Source of the DNA: the human T2T-CHM13v2.0 reference genome, Homo sapiens
Assembly (NCBI RefSeq): GCF_009914755.1
Contig: NC_060937.1
DNA: 64,000 nucleotides
Strand: one strand, 5' to 3'
Shown: in pieces, positions 42,561 to 58,112 of the stretch
Position numbering within the stretch: the first letter of the stretch is position 1
Layout of the letters: the number at the start of each line of letters is the position of its first letter
The notes under the pieces: generated by a model
Database searches by the model: none
The model's input: the letters and a program-made list of their open reading frames with translations, nothing else
Told to the model about the DNA's origin: nothing
Made by a program: the position numbers and the translations under genes

Positions 42561-45500
42561 TTTTAAAAAATATATCACAGTTTTTTATTAGTCAGAATTC
42601 TTAGAATTGAACAATGAAAAAAAATGGCCGAAATTAAACTGAAAGGAAATACATAGAAAGTATATTGAGTAGCTTAGAATATTTAACACAAGTCTGAAGA
42701 AACAGGCTAAGAGAGAAGGGAAAGGACAGGAGGAGCTAGACATCTCAGTAGCTATTTCACCATGATCTGTCAGGCAAAAACCACACTGCCACTGCCTTTG
42801 AACAGTGTGCTCAGAATTTGCTCTAGTGTCATATGTGAAACTGGGCACTGGTCATGCTGCCAGCACAACTTCAGGTACTTCTGCCAAAGCTACTAATGAA
42901 AATAAGATTTTGATGTCATCACTATCCTCCAAGAGAATCCATGTATTCATTCTTTTGTTAGCTTCTTGTTCGGCATTGATTAATTCAGACTGCTCTACTC
43001 TAATTCATACTCTTGTATTCACACTTCCTCGTCGGTATTTGAGCTTCCAAGTAGATGGTGATTACATTTTTTTAATATAGTACTCTCTTTACTGGAATAC
43101 TGGCTTTATGATCCACCAAACTAACTGTATAGGGGAATCTCCAATTATAGAATGTGTACTCAGATACAGTGCATTCGATATTAAAAAATATATGTTAACC
43201 CTAGTCATATTAACCTTATCCGTGCTTCTGAATTGTAGATTATTTCTCTATATTCTATGCTAGCCTTCATTCATGGCATATATCAACAAATTCACTGTGA
43301 AAGCCCAATTCAAAAAACTGAAAAATAATCTGTGCGAAAAGAGGCAGAATCATGGCTTCCAAGGTACTTCTGGGTTGTATATGAGCTGCTAGATTGTATG
43401 TATCTTATGGATATTATTGACCTTGCACCAATTTATAACTTGGTACTATAAAAACACATACAACTTCAAAATGAGAAAAAAAAAGGTACTTGAGCACTTT
43501 GAAAATTTATTTCTTTTCAGTGTATTTTATTACTATTACTATTATTCTAGATATTATAATGCAAAAGACAATTTTTGCTTGGTCATAAATAAATTTATGC
43601 AAGTTATTTATGATTTCATCCAAAATAAAGTGACAAAACTGTGAGAGGCATTTTGGTGGATTATTTATTGAGTTTAGGAGAATGCTTACCACACAGAATA
43701 GAAGAGAATCAAACTAATTTTTCTCTGGCCACTGTCACTTCGAATCAATTTTTCTGTTATTTATATAGGGCAGCACAATGTTTTAAATTTGCCACTAAAA
43801 GGTAAAATCCATATCTTTTTCCTTAACTATTATGGATCACCCTACATAACTGCTTTTAGCAGATATCTGCTTTTCAAAAAGTGAGTATTTGCACATTTGA
43901 AGCAATGTGTCACATTTCTGCTTCACTGACTAGCATTGCTTTAAGTCTCTTGGATCCCATCATCTTGTGTTATGTCAAATCACATTGGCTTTTCTATGCG
44001 ACAAAATATACAGTGGTGGAAGGTGACAGAAGAAATGTAATGCAATATGACACATCAGAAATTTAAAGGGTAAAGAGATTAGCTATTTGGTGTCAAATTA
44101 GATAGGGAATGTCAAATCCAAAATGAATCTGGCAGTCACTAATGGAGTGAAAGGTACAGTATTCACCCTATCTATGAAACAATGAATTCTGAACTTCATC
44201 AGAACATATTAAGCTAACTCAGAGATATGGTCTGGAACATCAGACAGTATTTTGGAAGATCATAGGCCTGCACTGCACTTCAAGGTCATAATGACATTGT
44301 TTACATAGATTTGATCCATATGATTCTTTTTTATAGAAAATATGCAATATTGATTATCATTGATAATGTACATGTTGTATTTAATAAATTATGAGTTTTA
44401 ATTATGATTTTCAAAAGTGAAAGTAATACAATGGCATCCTGCCATGTTATACAGGATGGCATTATTTCACACAAACCAGCAAAAGCATTTTAAACTATAT
44501 GGAATGGAATAAGAAGAACCCTTATGATCATGATAATACAAATTTCTGAAGATTTAGTTTGTACCTTTTACTATGTAAAGTTTTAAAATAGACATGGTAT
44601 TAGAGGATTTTAACTTGGAAAATAATTGGTAAAAAGTTATATAGATTTATCTTTCCCCCCTCAATGAGATAATGGTAAGTGAGGATAAAATAAAGGCTAA
44701 AAGAAATTACCCATTTCTCTTGTCTCCTGTTGGTAATATTTAGTGATTAAAGATCACCATTTATCTGTTTTTTTCTGCACTTGGCACAATAATTTTCCTT
44801 GCTTACCTCAATATATTATTTTTTTAGAAAATTATATTGTTTTCTACTTATCATATTACAATTTACCATTTGCAACTGTCAGTTCTTTTCACTAGTGCAT
44901 TTTGGAATAAAGATTATTGAGGAGAAAACTTCCTACTGTTTAATTGACATTCACATTCAAAGAATAATTTTAAGAAAAAAAGCAAACAACTACTAAATTT
45001 GGGAGAAAGTAGTTTATCCTGTTCATCTTTATTTCTCTTCCCCCTTATCTCTTTCTCCTTTATCGTCTTGGGATTATTGAGCTAAAGCAAATGATTCCTA
45101 ATGTTGACATTTAACCCTTTTTAAAAGACATGAAAACATTGAAGCTCTAATACGAGGCTGGGGCAAACTCTGAACTATTTTAATTTTATATTACTCCATA
45201 GATTAAAGGTGTAGGGTTATCTAATGAGAAAAGTAAAAAAAAAAATGATCTAAATGTAAACAACACACATGGATTACTTGCAAATAAGCTACTTCTGCTT
45301 TCTATCTTTTGTTAATCTAAAAGGTATTTTTATTTTTTTTTTTAGCAACCAGTGAATTTCTGAGGGAAGGCAGGAATATAAAGAGATCTAAAGAATAAGT
45401 AACTGATTGCTCTGCAACTCAGAGTGAATTATTATTTGTAAGCCTATTAGGATAAATTTATCAAAGATTAATGAAGGGTATTTCGAGAATTGGAGTTGAG

Positions 45501-47855
45501 ATCATTAGACCATTCTAATTTGTCCTCCCTTTCTATCTCAGAGTAAAAATATCCTAATGGAAATAGAATGTCACTATATTATTAAAACTTGTCCTATATA
45601 TTTTTCTGTTTGTATGTTTTTCAAGGGAGTTTATCAAACAAAATTCACTAAAAGGAGTTTAAAAACTATCACTTAAATGGTCAAATTTAAACATTTTCAA
45701 AAAGAAGATAAAAAATCTCTAAGCCAAACTTTTATTTATAGCACTTCCAAATACATTTCTGCAACTGTGGAAACTGCAATCTAAGCAACTTACTTAAAAT
45801 TTGGGAAATTGTTAACATACTTTTAATGGAAATTTAAAAAAACACTAAATATCACTCAGTGTTGTAGCATGGCCACTTCTTTCTCAGCCTCAAGTTATAG
45901 TGAGTCAGTATTTTTGTTCATGCCCACATTTATAAAATTTTACTTTGAACTTACCTAAATTAACTCTTCAAACATTGTTTTATGATTTTGATATATATAA
46001 TTAACCTATTCTATTAACATGTACACAAAAGCTATACATCCATTCTTTTAGTAATTTGTAACCAGAAAAATATTTAAATAAAATCCAGTCTTTGGACTAT
46101 GTTTTGTATGTTTAAACACTTATGAGTATGCAATGAAAAACAACAAGAGTAAAATTCTCTCGATAAAGTCACATTCTCTGCAATTAGGACTAGGAGAAGC
46201 CCCTGGAAAGTCACATTCCTCCACAATATAAACTAATGTGATGTCTTGATTCTGATTACCGAAGTTTATAGACAGAGTTATTCAGAAGACATTTGTGAAG
46301 GTGGAACACAGAGATGTCCTGGGATACTCACGCTCACGTGATATCCTGAAAGTATTTGGCAGCTAGGTTTGCTTGATTGGTATGCCTCATTCAAGCAAGG
46401 ATGATGGGCCTACACAATAGAGTTAGGGAGTGCCTCCATGCTTGTTAAATCTATGGCTTTTTCAACCTGTAAGGATCATCTCATCATCTACCCCTGCAAA
46501 TCAGAAGGGAAAAGAGAAAAGAAGAAGAATATAGACCTACTTTGTAAACCCATAAATTAGAAGAGGAAAAAGACAAGTTGTAGAATGTGAAAGCCCTTCT
46601 TAAAATGTACCTCTGGCATACACACACAAAAAGGTACATGTTAATTCTCTTAGCCTTCCTTTGATTACAATAAATTAGAAGACCACACCAAAGGGAAAAG
46701 GAATTTAGAAATAGAGTACCTGGCTGGGCCCCTGGACCTCCACACAAACTGCCTACTGCGGACAGAACAGCATTGCTTTGGTAGAAATTTGGACATCTCT
46801 CCTAGACCAAACACATTCATTAGAGAATTATTTCTAGGCTCCACAATGTTATTTAACAAATGCTAATGGAAAGTTTTGGATAATTATATTTACACTGATT
46901 AAGTAATCACCTTTGTTCTGTTTATCCCTGCTATATTTCAAAAGCTAACAACTAGTGGACCATATATTTATACACAAAATAATTCAAATCAAATAACTGA
47001 GCCTGGAATATAGATAAAAATAATATACGTATTTCCCACTATGTATACTGCAGTACTTTTAATGTAAATTACATCAGACAAGGTGACAAATAGAATATTT
47101 ACATACAATGTGCTTTTCATCTAAACCCTTTAAAAATATGCTGGAGGTATTCAATAAATAAGTACTATTTACTTATCTTTCTTTAAACATCATAATGAAA
47201 GTGAGAAAGACAACTATTAGCATGAAAGAAATGAAGGAAACTTTTCTTGCTGAAAAAGGAAGCTTTGGATAGTAAATACTACATAGTAGCTTCTGTATTT
47301 CCAGGCACAGTACAAAAGAAAGGATTCTCTTAGGTAGAGCTTTGTTTATAATGTAATTGACAAAAACTCATGAGACTTTTTAAATTCTGCCATATTCCCA
47401 ATCCTTACACAATGAACTGAAATTTGAAACTTATGGCAATGCTTGGAATTTAGTTTGAAGTACAGCATACAAATCTCAACTGAAAGAGTGAATTCCTCCA
47501 AGTATATCATTACAGCTCGATCCAAATTATACACTAGTTGAGAAAAACTGCCTTTCAAATGTTTTAAAAAATACGTTATTTCTTTGCTTGTTCAAAGACA
47601 GTATATGATTATCAGATAGTATTTGATTAGGAAACTCTGTTAAAATCATTTCAGCCAAACCCAGGGCAAAGTGTTTATAATGTTTGTTCACTGTCATGTT
47701 CTATACTGAACATTATTCTCCCTACCCAAGGGTTCTCAACATTTATCACCAAATTTTGAACCATGTTAACAACTTTGAGGTTCAAGGTAAATTAAAAATG
47801 AAGAAAGCCAAGTGATAAGTTTTATTTTACAGAATTAAAAGAGATGAAAATCAAA

Positions 47856-48195
<340 letters not shown>

Positions 48196-51100
48196 TCAAA
48201 CTAAAAATGGCAACAAAACTGAACCAAAGGACAAAATTCACATTATCACAATGGGAATAATTAGTCCATCTCTGAATAAAAGTATAAAGATAAATTCTTT
48301 CTAGAATTCTTGCAAGTCGGCTTTCTATCTAATAATTTAAAAAATGAGAATAAACTAATAAACCCTTTACTTAAGGCTTTAAAGTTTTATTTTCAGAAAA
48401 AGTGGGTGAATTAAATTGAAAGTCAGAATTGCAGCTATATTTTAGTGCACAATATATTTTTTATTAAAAAACATATATATTGAAAAATACTGCATGTTTT
48501 TGTATGATTATAATCAAAATAGATAAATATAGTTAGGAGGTCATTTGAGGATACCATCTGAGATAATTATAGCAGTATTTGATAGTTGTGATCCATGTGA
48601 AGTAGTGAGAAGATTACACTAAAAATAAATATGCTAGAACAAATTTGGCTAAAGTGTGCTTTCAATAGAATCTATCTTAGAATGTATTTTGTGTGTATAT
48701 TCTAAAATTTATAATGACAGCATCTGCTATTTATTCATTATCAGATTATTTCAGCTTGCTTTGAAAAGGTTCTTGAACAGCCTTTATACCATCTGCCAGC
48801 AGGATGGGAATGTTTGCCTACAAAATTATCATTTTATGCACTCATTACAAAGTAGATAGTATGTCACCCTTATCACTTGCATGAGGACATAAGAGGCTGT
48901 TAAACTAGACTCTGTTGCAAATATATGTAATTTACATAATGTGATAAAGTATAATATTTAAGATACACAGGGCTAAGATGGATTTTAAATCATTTTAATT
49001 TTCTATTATTTTGGCCACTGTAGTCATCCTAAAGGGCTTGGAGCCCTTGAAATTGATTTTGATTATAATCATTATGGTTTTACAATGAAAAGTGACTTGG
49101 TGTGAGAGCACACCATCCATCATAACTTTGATGTAATTCCAATATATCAGGACAAAGCAATCCTAATTCAATCAAATAGATATTTAAAAATATATTATAC
49201 AGCATTCAGAACTGCCAACTAAATATATACTAATGGATTTTCTGTTTCCACTGTCTAAATGACATTTATAAGGCTATGGTGAAGATGCAAAAATGATAAT
49301 TTCTGAGCAATTATTTATTTTAAGAAACCAGTAAATCAATTAAGCTACCTGACACTTTATCATCTGATGAAAAATTTATAAGCTCGTTTGATTGTCATAA
49401 AAATAAAAGGATGTTGTCTTTGAAGATTCTAAAAGTCTTCTCAGAGCTAACATTACTGATAGTACACTGTTCAGACAGTGAAAAGGACATTTGAAGTTCA
49501 CACCAAGGAGAATCAAGGAAAAGTTCAGTGTATACTTCTTGTAGTTATTGGATATACATTTTTTACATTTTTTAATAGAAAGAAATGCAAATATTAATGG
49601 TATGACTCTGTAAAAGGGAGTTATATTTTGTTATTTGCTTTAACATTTCTGTTGTAATATTTAGTTATTGTTTAGTTGATAATTTGTTTAGTTAACCCAA
49701 AAGAACGTTCACAAACATATTGTTTTTTACTAAGCCACTTTTAAAAGATCCATTAACAGAATTGCTTCTGGCAGTTTCATCTGCAGACCAGCAATTTTAA
49801 AGCCTTAGTTGTCACCAAACGGAAGAGTCCACAGAAGCTGAATAAAATAAGGAGAGAGAGATATGAGAAAACAGTTAGAGTTCAACACTGGGATTCAATT
49901 TATAAAGACCAAGAAAAGCCAAGTTTTTGTTTATGGTATTTGCACCTAGTTCCTCCTAGACTTAATCTCTTTTAAATAACTTTTCTAAAAAGCTTATGTT
50001 GAATTCCTGCCTTCCATTAGAATTCAGATAGTATTGGATGTAGCTAGTTTTGTTGTGCTATGCAGTGGTATATTTTAATTCATCTTTTTTTAGAGCACTT
50101 TTTTTGAAAAATTAAGACCTTAGAAAATAAATTTCTATCCCAAGTTTTTGTCTCCAAAGTAAATTTAAATGTACTTTTATAGATGACACATTGCCTACAT
50201 TATTTTTATAATTTTTTATACAGCTGGTGATACTAATAATTATAATTTATTCAATACCAGAATACAGACCAGAGGACATTTTCTAATATTTTAAAAACCT
50301 GTTTATTATTAGTAGATGTGAGATTAACACATATTGCTGCATTACAGAACCTGTTCCATGAACAATAACATTTTAGAACAAATCATAATCTAAAAATGAT
50401 TCACATTATATTTGTATTGACTGATTTATTTAATAATGAAATAAAATTTATATTTTAAACATAGTTATATTTATTCAAACAATACTCAGTATAATCATCT
50501 TTCTCAGAGGAGTCAGCTCCCTTGGTATGCAGCACAGTAGCAAAAATTATTGCTAATATTATTGAAATCCTCTCATGGCACTAATAAAATGTACAGCTGG
50601 TCTTTTCACCAGTACTGTATCTATTTTATCATATTGTGTTCTGAGCTGAAATATCCCATTACATTTTTTGACTTAAAATATTTTAGCATATACAGTCACC
50701 ATAATGTAAAAAATGTCAAGAAGGTATATATATTATTATTTTTATTTATGGAAATGTTTACTTTTAGGAACAAGTACACTTAAATATTTACATACATAAA
50801 ACTTAAATTTCAAACTATTTTGTTTTACGTATTCTGATTTCATTGGTTTGGATTTCCTCTTCACATATTTGAATTACAGTTTTCATGATTCATTCATTTT
50901 TTTTTCCATTTATGTTGTAATATATTCTTTTCAGCTCAAAAACATGTGATAGCATGAATGAAGGTACAGTGTATACATCCATAAGAAACCTAGGCTGCAC
51001 ATTTTTTAACATCAGTGTCCTGAGTTGCATTTTCATAATATTGACAGCTCTTGTTGCCATTGTACTGCACCACACTGAGTGTGCTGACCCTGCTGTGAAA

Positions 51101-51410
51101 GACCTTCTGTTATCAAAAATTGATGCTAAATCCAAGCTGTTAGCAGCAGCTTTTTATGTAAGTGCAGTAGATTGAACAAACAGTTTCAGTGCCCTAGAGT
51201 CATGGAAAGGTTAGAAATAGCTCTGACCATTAAATGATATCTATTAATTTTGCTCTGGAGAACAAGCTGCCCAGTTAGGCAGTGATAGAGATAATTGCTT
51301 TGACTGTGAAACCATTAAGCAAGTTTCAAAGAATTTCTTCAGTGGAAAGTATGATAATGCCTACTTAATGCTTTAAGGTAAACATTAAGCGTTCAAATGA
51401 GAATGAGAAA

Positions 51411-51413
<3 letters not shown>

Positions 51414-51441
<28 letters not shown>
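51414..51441. repeat. (GT)14 microsatellite
   Basis: Read directly. Confidence 0.95.
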
Positions 51442-51444
<3 letters not shown>

Positions 51445-52589
51445 CATGTATAATTTTTCTATGAGATAAACTCTCATAGAAAATTAAAGTCCAGCCGTTG
51501 AAAATATTTGGATTTATTTGCCTAAGAAGCTATTTTGTTTGGGTTTTAAAAGTGTGAAATAATGAATTAAAAACAATGCCAACTGATTTAAGACACATAT
51601 TTTCTAATTTAAGGGATCTTTCCATGATCGAACAGAAATAACCTGATGAAAGTATAAATAATTAAAATTTCTTGGGTAAAACTTTTAAATTTTTGAATAC
51701 GCACACATCAAAATATATAGTTTTTGTCTTTCTCTGAATTTCATGACAGAGCTGTTAAGTTAAAGGGCAAGGACACAGAAAGATGAAGCCTAGCCTACAA
51801 ATGATGAGAAAATGTAGGGATATATCATCTTGGAGTTTCTCAATATTTTTAAGAGGGAATTAGAAGCCAATGTGCATTGACAAGGAGGAAATTCAGGGCA
51901 TCATAACCGAAATCTCTAGGATGATGGAAGCTACTGGCTAACATAAAGGCTTTACAGGTATACATATATGTGTGTGTGTGTGTTGGGGGAGTGTACTATG
52001 ACTTCTAAAACTGAACATTTCTGAAACTGAAATTTAGTCTCTATGTCCCAGTGTTTAAGATGCGCTCTCAATATATTAAATGTTAAAACAAGGTAGTCAA
52101 ACATATAGGCAACCACATTAAATAACATTCTGTAAAAATGATTGTATAACAAACAAAACACAACGATAAGATGATCATGGAACATGCTACTCCTGATCTA
52201 ATGAATCACTCTTAGATGAAGGCATATCAGATAAGTGAAGGTAGGAGGTTGTAGAATGAAAGAAATGTGCATTAGAAGCTTTGAATATCCCCTGACAAAT
52301 GATTCATCTTTTCTACTTCTCTGTCTAATCGTGTGTTGTGCAGGTGCATGGAATAGTCATTCAGTTTTCTGGAACAGAGTAAATTGAAATGAATCAGTGT
52401 CTATGAATCATCAACAATCAATCAACAAAAACCTTCTGATGTATTTGTGGCTCAAAGCTAGTTGAAGGATTTCCTTCCTCAGGAGCCCATGGAGTGTGCA
52501 CATTTGTGCGTCTATATTTAATAATGCTCACCATAAAGTAATAGTGTACCTCATTTTTTCTGTTTAAATACAATTTTCAGTTTAAATAC

Positions 52590-52735
52590 AATTTCTCATT
52601 TTTTAAATGAGAAAGATGAAGCAAGAGAAAGTTGAACAAATATCTCACTGTCTTTTTAGTCATGAAGCAGTGAAAATTGGATGTGAACAGCTAGTCTGGT
52701 TTTAAAATCTATAAATTTAAACATAGTATTATACT
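52590..52735 (-). mobile_element. MIR-like fragment
   Basis: 'ctcattttttaaatgagaaagatgaagcaagagaaagttgaac...gtgaacagctagtctgg'. Confidence 0.45.
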
Positions 52736-53959
52736 GTATAGTGTGAGTAGGTGTCTTTTCTTCCCCCAACTCTTCTCTCACCTTTCGTTCATCTGTTTCC
52801 TGTCTCTTTTTCTCTCTGTTTATCCCACACTTTCTCCTTCCATCTCCACCTTCTTTTTCTCTTCTCTGCTTTTCTTTCTCCTTTTCCCCTCTTTGATTAA
52901 TATTTCTTTTTCATTTTTCTATCACAAATTCCTAATAAATTATTTTAGATTTGTGGAATGTTAGCAAAAGCTACAAAGTAATATATATATACCTCAGAAA
53001 CTCCAAAATGTAAGACAGGAATTTTTTTTTAATATACTAGTTCCCTCAGCTTCTTTGAGAAAATGAAAAAGAGAGCTCTGAATGTGCTTCAGGGCACAGG
53101 AATGAAGACCCTTAACCCAGGAAAGGAGAAAGCTGCCAAGCCCTACATGAGAACTACCCTAAGTAAGATGGCAAAATACCTCCCAGATGTGAAGGAGACA
53201 ATAAGGACAATTTACTGAATATGAGGAGGAATAATTTTCAGTGTTCTCCTGGTAATATTGCACTGATTATTGTTTATGAGAGTGGAAGGGACGTAGTGAG
53301 AAGAGGGAAGGTAGCTTTTTGTTTGTTTTGTTTTTGTTTGCTTAAGAATATATAAACACTAATAGGGGAAATTATTCTCAGTGACATGTCAAACCATGTC
53401 ACCAAATATGTCAGCCACAAAATTGCTAGGTGGGAAGTAACCCAGTTGGAAGTTTCATCCATTAAAATGAAATGTTTGCTAATAACACTCAGTGAGACCT
53501 CAGGGACCTGATGGGGAAAGGGAAATGCCTTTTATGACTTGGATCATTAATTTTAATTAATGAGGAACCTTTTGTTAAAGGTGTTTTAAGAACATTACTT
53601 GAATGCCTACAACAAGAAAAATGTATAATGGGAAGCAAGACTTACATTGCATAAACAATTCTTCTAATGGGACACATGGAATGAATAAATATTTCAGAAA
53701 AATAAAAAATGCAGCATCCCATACTTGTAAGGTTTAATCTCTAGAGAAATCAAAATGTAAAATACCATCTGATAATGTTAAATTCATAATTTGCAAAAAT
53801 ACAATCAACTTTATTCCCCACAGTTTAAATAAATTATCAAATAAATCTCTGTATGACTACTTGGCAGAATGCATTTATCTTAATATTTATGTTATAGATT
53901 CTATATGCTTAGTAGCTACATACTTATGCATAGTAATCATGTGTTGTGACTTTTAAGAT

Positions 53960-54947
53960 CATGGTAAGAACAACTTAGCATGGGGTTGACCCGTTTAACA
54001 AAATTTTAAATGCCCAATACAATATTGTTAACTACGGACACAATGTTGAACAGCAGATCTCTAGAACATGTTTATCTCACGTAACTGAAACTTTTATACC
54101 CATTGAACAGTAACTCCCCATTCTCCCCTCCCTCTAGTTCCTGATAGCCACTATTCTACTTTCTGTTTCTATGAGTCTATTTTAGATACCTTAAATAAGT
54201 GGAATTATACTGTATTTATCCTTCAGTGACTGGCACATTTTTCTTAGCATAATTTTCTCCAGGTTCATCATTTTTGTTGCATATGGCAGGATTTTTTTCC
54301 TATTGAGGCTCAATATTAATCCAATATATGTAAATACCACATTTTCTTTATCCATTCATCCATCTATAGATGGTTTTTATTGTTTTCATATCTTAGCTAT
54401 TGTGAGCAATGATACAATGAGATGGAAGTGCAGATACATCTTAGAGATTCGGATTTCAATTCTTTCGGATATATACCCAGATATAGGATTGCTGGATCAT
54501 ATGATAGTTTGATGACTACTACAGTTACTCTTGAAATAGTTTTTAATTTCTTCAGTGGTTATACCATTTTCACATTCGTACCCACAGTATACAAGAATTC
54601 TAATTTCTCTACATCCTTAATAACACTTGTTATATTTTGTTTTGTTGTGGTGGTAGTTTTTGTAATAGCCATTTTAACCAATGAGAGGTGATATGATGGT
54701 TTTGATTTGTATTTCTCTTATGATTAGAGATGCTTAGTTAAACATCTCTTCCTATCTCTGTTGACTGTTTGTATTTATTCTTTGTAGAAGTGTCTATTTA
54801 AGTGATTTAGCTATTTTCAGATCATTTTTGTTTTTGTTTTACTTTTGTGTAATAGAAGTTCCTTATATAGTGTAGATATTAACCACTTATCAAATACATA
54901 ATTTGAAAATATTTTCTCCCATTCTGAAGGCTGCCTTTTCACTGTTG

Positions 54948-54983
<36 letters not shown>

Positions 54984-56462
54984 TGTGTGTGTGTATGCGT
55001 GCTGAAGCTGTTTAGTGTCCTATAGACCTACCTGTCTACTTTTGCTTCAGTTGTTTGTGCTTTTGGTGTAATATCCAATAAATCATTACCAAAACCGATC
55101 ATAATTTTTTTCTCCTTTTTTTCCCTAGGAGCTTTATATTTTCAGGTCCAAAATTTAAATATTTAATCAATTTTGAGTTAATTTTGTGTACGGTAAAAGT
55201 TATGCATTCAATTTCATTCTTTTACATGTGTATATCCAGCTTCCTCAGCTCCATTTAGTGAAGACACTAGTTTCCTCATTGTGTATCCTTGACATCTTTG
55301 TCAAAAATCAGTTTACTGTATATGTGCGCATTTATTTCTGGGCTCTATATGTCTATATTTTTTGCCAGTACAATACTGTTTTTATTATTGTAGCTTTGTA
55401 ATACATTTCTAAATCAGGAAGTGTGATGCCGCCAGCTTTGTTCTTATTTCTTAAGATTGCTTTGGCTCTTCTGAGTCTTTTATGGTTTTATATAAATTTT
55501 AGAAGTGTTTTTTTCTTTTCTGTAAAAAATGGCATTGAAGTTTTGATACACATTGCTGGAATCTGTGATCACTTTGGGTAGTATGGACATTTAAAAAATT
55601 TTAAGTCTTCCAATCCATAAATACAAATGTCTTTCCATTTATCTGGATCTTCTTTAGTAAATGCTTTGTAGCTTTTTAGCATACAATTGTTTCAACTCTT
55701 TGCTTAAGTTTATTACTAAGTATTTCATTAATTTTGGGGCAATTATAAAGGGGATTTTTCTTAATTTCCTTTTTGGATAGTTCATCGTTAGTGTTTAGAA
55801 ACACAACTGATTTTTGTATATTTATTTTGTATTCTGCTATCTTACTTAATAAGTTTATTATTTCAAATGGTTTTTTGGTGAAGCTTTTAGAATTTTATCT
55901 GTGGAAGATCATATCATTTGCTAACAGAGGTAATTTTGCTTTTCCTTGACTATTTTGATGTCTTTTATTTCTTCTTGGCTAATTGCCCTTGTTAGGGATT
56001 CCAGTACTATGTTGAATAGAAATGGTAAGAGTTCTTGATGTTAGAGGAAAAGCATTCAGATTTTCATCCTTAAGTGTAATGTTAACTATGGGCTTTTCTT
56101 ACATGGATTTTACTGTGTTGAGATAAATCCCTTCTACACTTAGTTTGTTGAGTGATTTTAATATGAAAGGACGTTGGATTTTGTTAAAAACTTTTCTGCA
56201 TCTACTGAGATGATAAAGTGATTCTATCCTCCATTCTGTTAATTTAGTGTATCACAATAATTGATTCACCTATTTTGAACCATCACTGAATCTTAAGGAT
56301 AAATTCCACTTAGTCATGATCCTTCTACTTTGCCATTGAATTTGGTTTGCTAGTATTTTGTTGAGGACTTTTGTATTTATATTCACCAGGGGTATTGGCC
56401 TATAAGTTTCTTTTGTTGCTGTTGTTTTTCTTGTAGTGTATTTTTCTGGGCTTGGTATTAAA
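53960..56462 (-). mobile_element. L1MA (L1MA8-10-like) 3' 2.5 kb: 3'UTR and degenerate ORF2
   Basis: 'cagcagatctctagaac...aactgaaactttta', 'ggattgctggatcatatg', 'atcaggaagtgtgatgccgccagctttgttc', 'ttccagtactatgttgaatag'. Confidence 0.88.
54952..54994. repeat. (TG)n microsatellite inside L1MA
   Basis: Read directly; one TC interruption. Confidence 0.93.
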
Positions 56463-57630
56463 GTATGTGATTGTTAATTATATTTTCTGCTGACATATTT
56501 TATTATTGGTTTCCAGGTATTTTACTAGGAGTTAATTATTCTGTAAAAAGGTGGAAACTTCTTGGATAATACTGAGGAAACTATCAAATGCTAATACAGA
56601 AAAAAAATCAGTTTTTGTTCCCCTAATTGAATTCTAGTTGTCACTTGGGGTTATAGATTGCAACATCCTATCTCAGACTATGGTACAATTATCTCTGTGG
56701 TGCCACACAGAGTTCCCATGAAAACAAATAAGGTTGTTAAGTTTAGTAGGAAAGAAGAAGAAACAAGTCTTTGTTCTTTTTATTTCAGACTGCAGTACAA
56801 TAAATGAGTTATCAGAGTTCCCCTATTTTCAGCTTCTTAGAAAAGAAAAACATGAAAGTTTGAAAGAAAAAATGAACTCATTTATTAAAATCTTAACATC
56901 TTCTTATAGGTTTATATCTTTGTTTTATTTATTGTTTAGATACAAAGAATTTTCTTAGCCATATGATTTAAAATTCTCATCTAATAAACTCAATTTCATG
57001 AAGCTTGAGCATGACTAAATGCATTTTGTCAGCACCAGGCTACTTTCAAACATGTGTTCAGACTTCTCACCCTGACAGCTGTTCTCTTTGCATTCTGCTT
57101 TTTATGTAATACACTTGAGGCAGGGTGACATCAGTCAAGCCATATTTGAACAGAAGAGAGAGTTTCCTGTGTTAGAATTTCTAGGATGCATCATTTAACT
57201 TCAAATGATGCATAAAGCATAGTTATAAAAAACAATCTTACGTTGTAAAATCTGTGAAATAGTTTCCTTATGATATCAAGGTAATAACAGCCATGCCAGG
57301 TAAAACTTGGTCTTCTAAATGTTAGCTCTAGTACACAATACTTTTTAAAAAAGAAAATGAAAGCTATGATTTTTTAAACTATCTATTTTGATCAGCTTAT
57401 AAAAAATAGGGTAGAATCTCTCTCTCTCTCCGTTTTACTTTTTCTCTCTTCCTGTTTCTTCTACTCTCTGTGAACTAAGTCAAGGCCTATTTATCTGAGA
57501 CAAAATAATACATATTAGTCCAAGTTGTATACAGAAGCACTAAAACTTCATTTCAAAATTTATCTAGTGTGTGAAAAATCAATATTATTACACAGGAGTG
57601 AGACAACTTATTAATATTTAATAATAATGA

Positions 57631-57971
<341 letters not shown>

Positions 57972-58112
57972 CCTTTATTTCATTTTTAATGTATAAGTTT
58001 TATAGTGATAGAAATATTCTGATCAAAAATAGAGATAAGGTCAGAAATAACCCAATATCCATCAATAATGGAATATTAAGATGAATAATGAATCTGCATA
58101 TTATTAAACAAT

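Noticed and set aside
42805-43080. 91-aa ORF in unique sequence
   Set aside because: Non-ATG start, no recognisable homology or convincing splice context
46165-46230. Short direct repeat aaagtcacattc x2 (similar small duplications at ~26540 and ~52562)
   Set aside because: Ordinary local microduplications with no further structure
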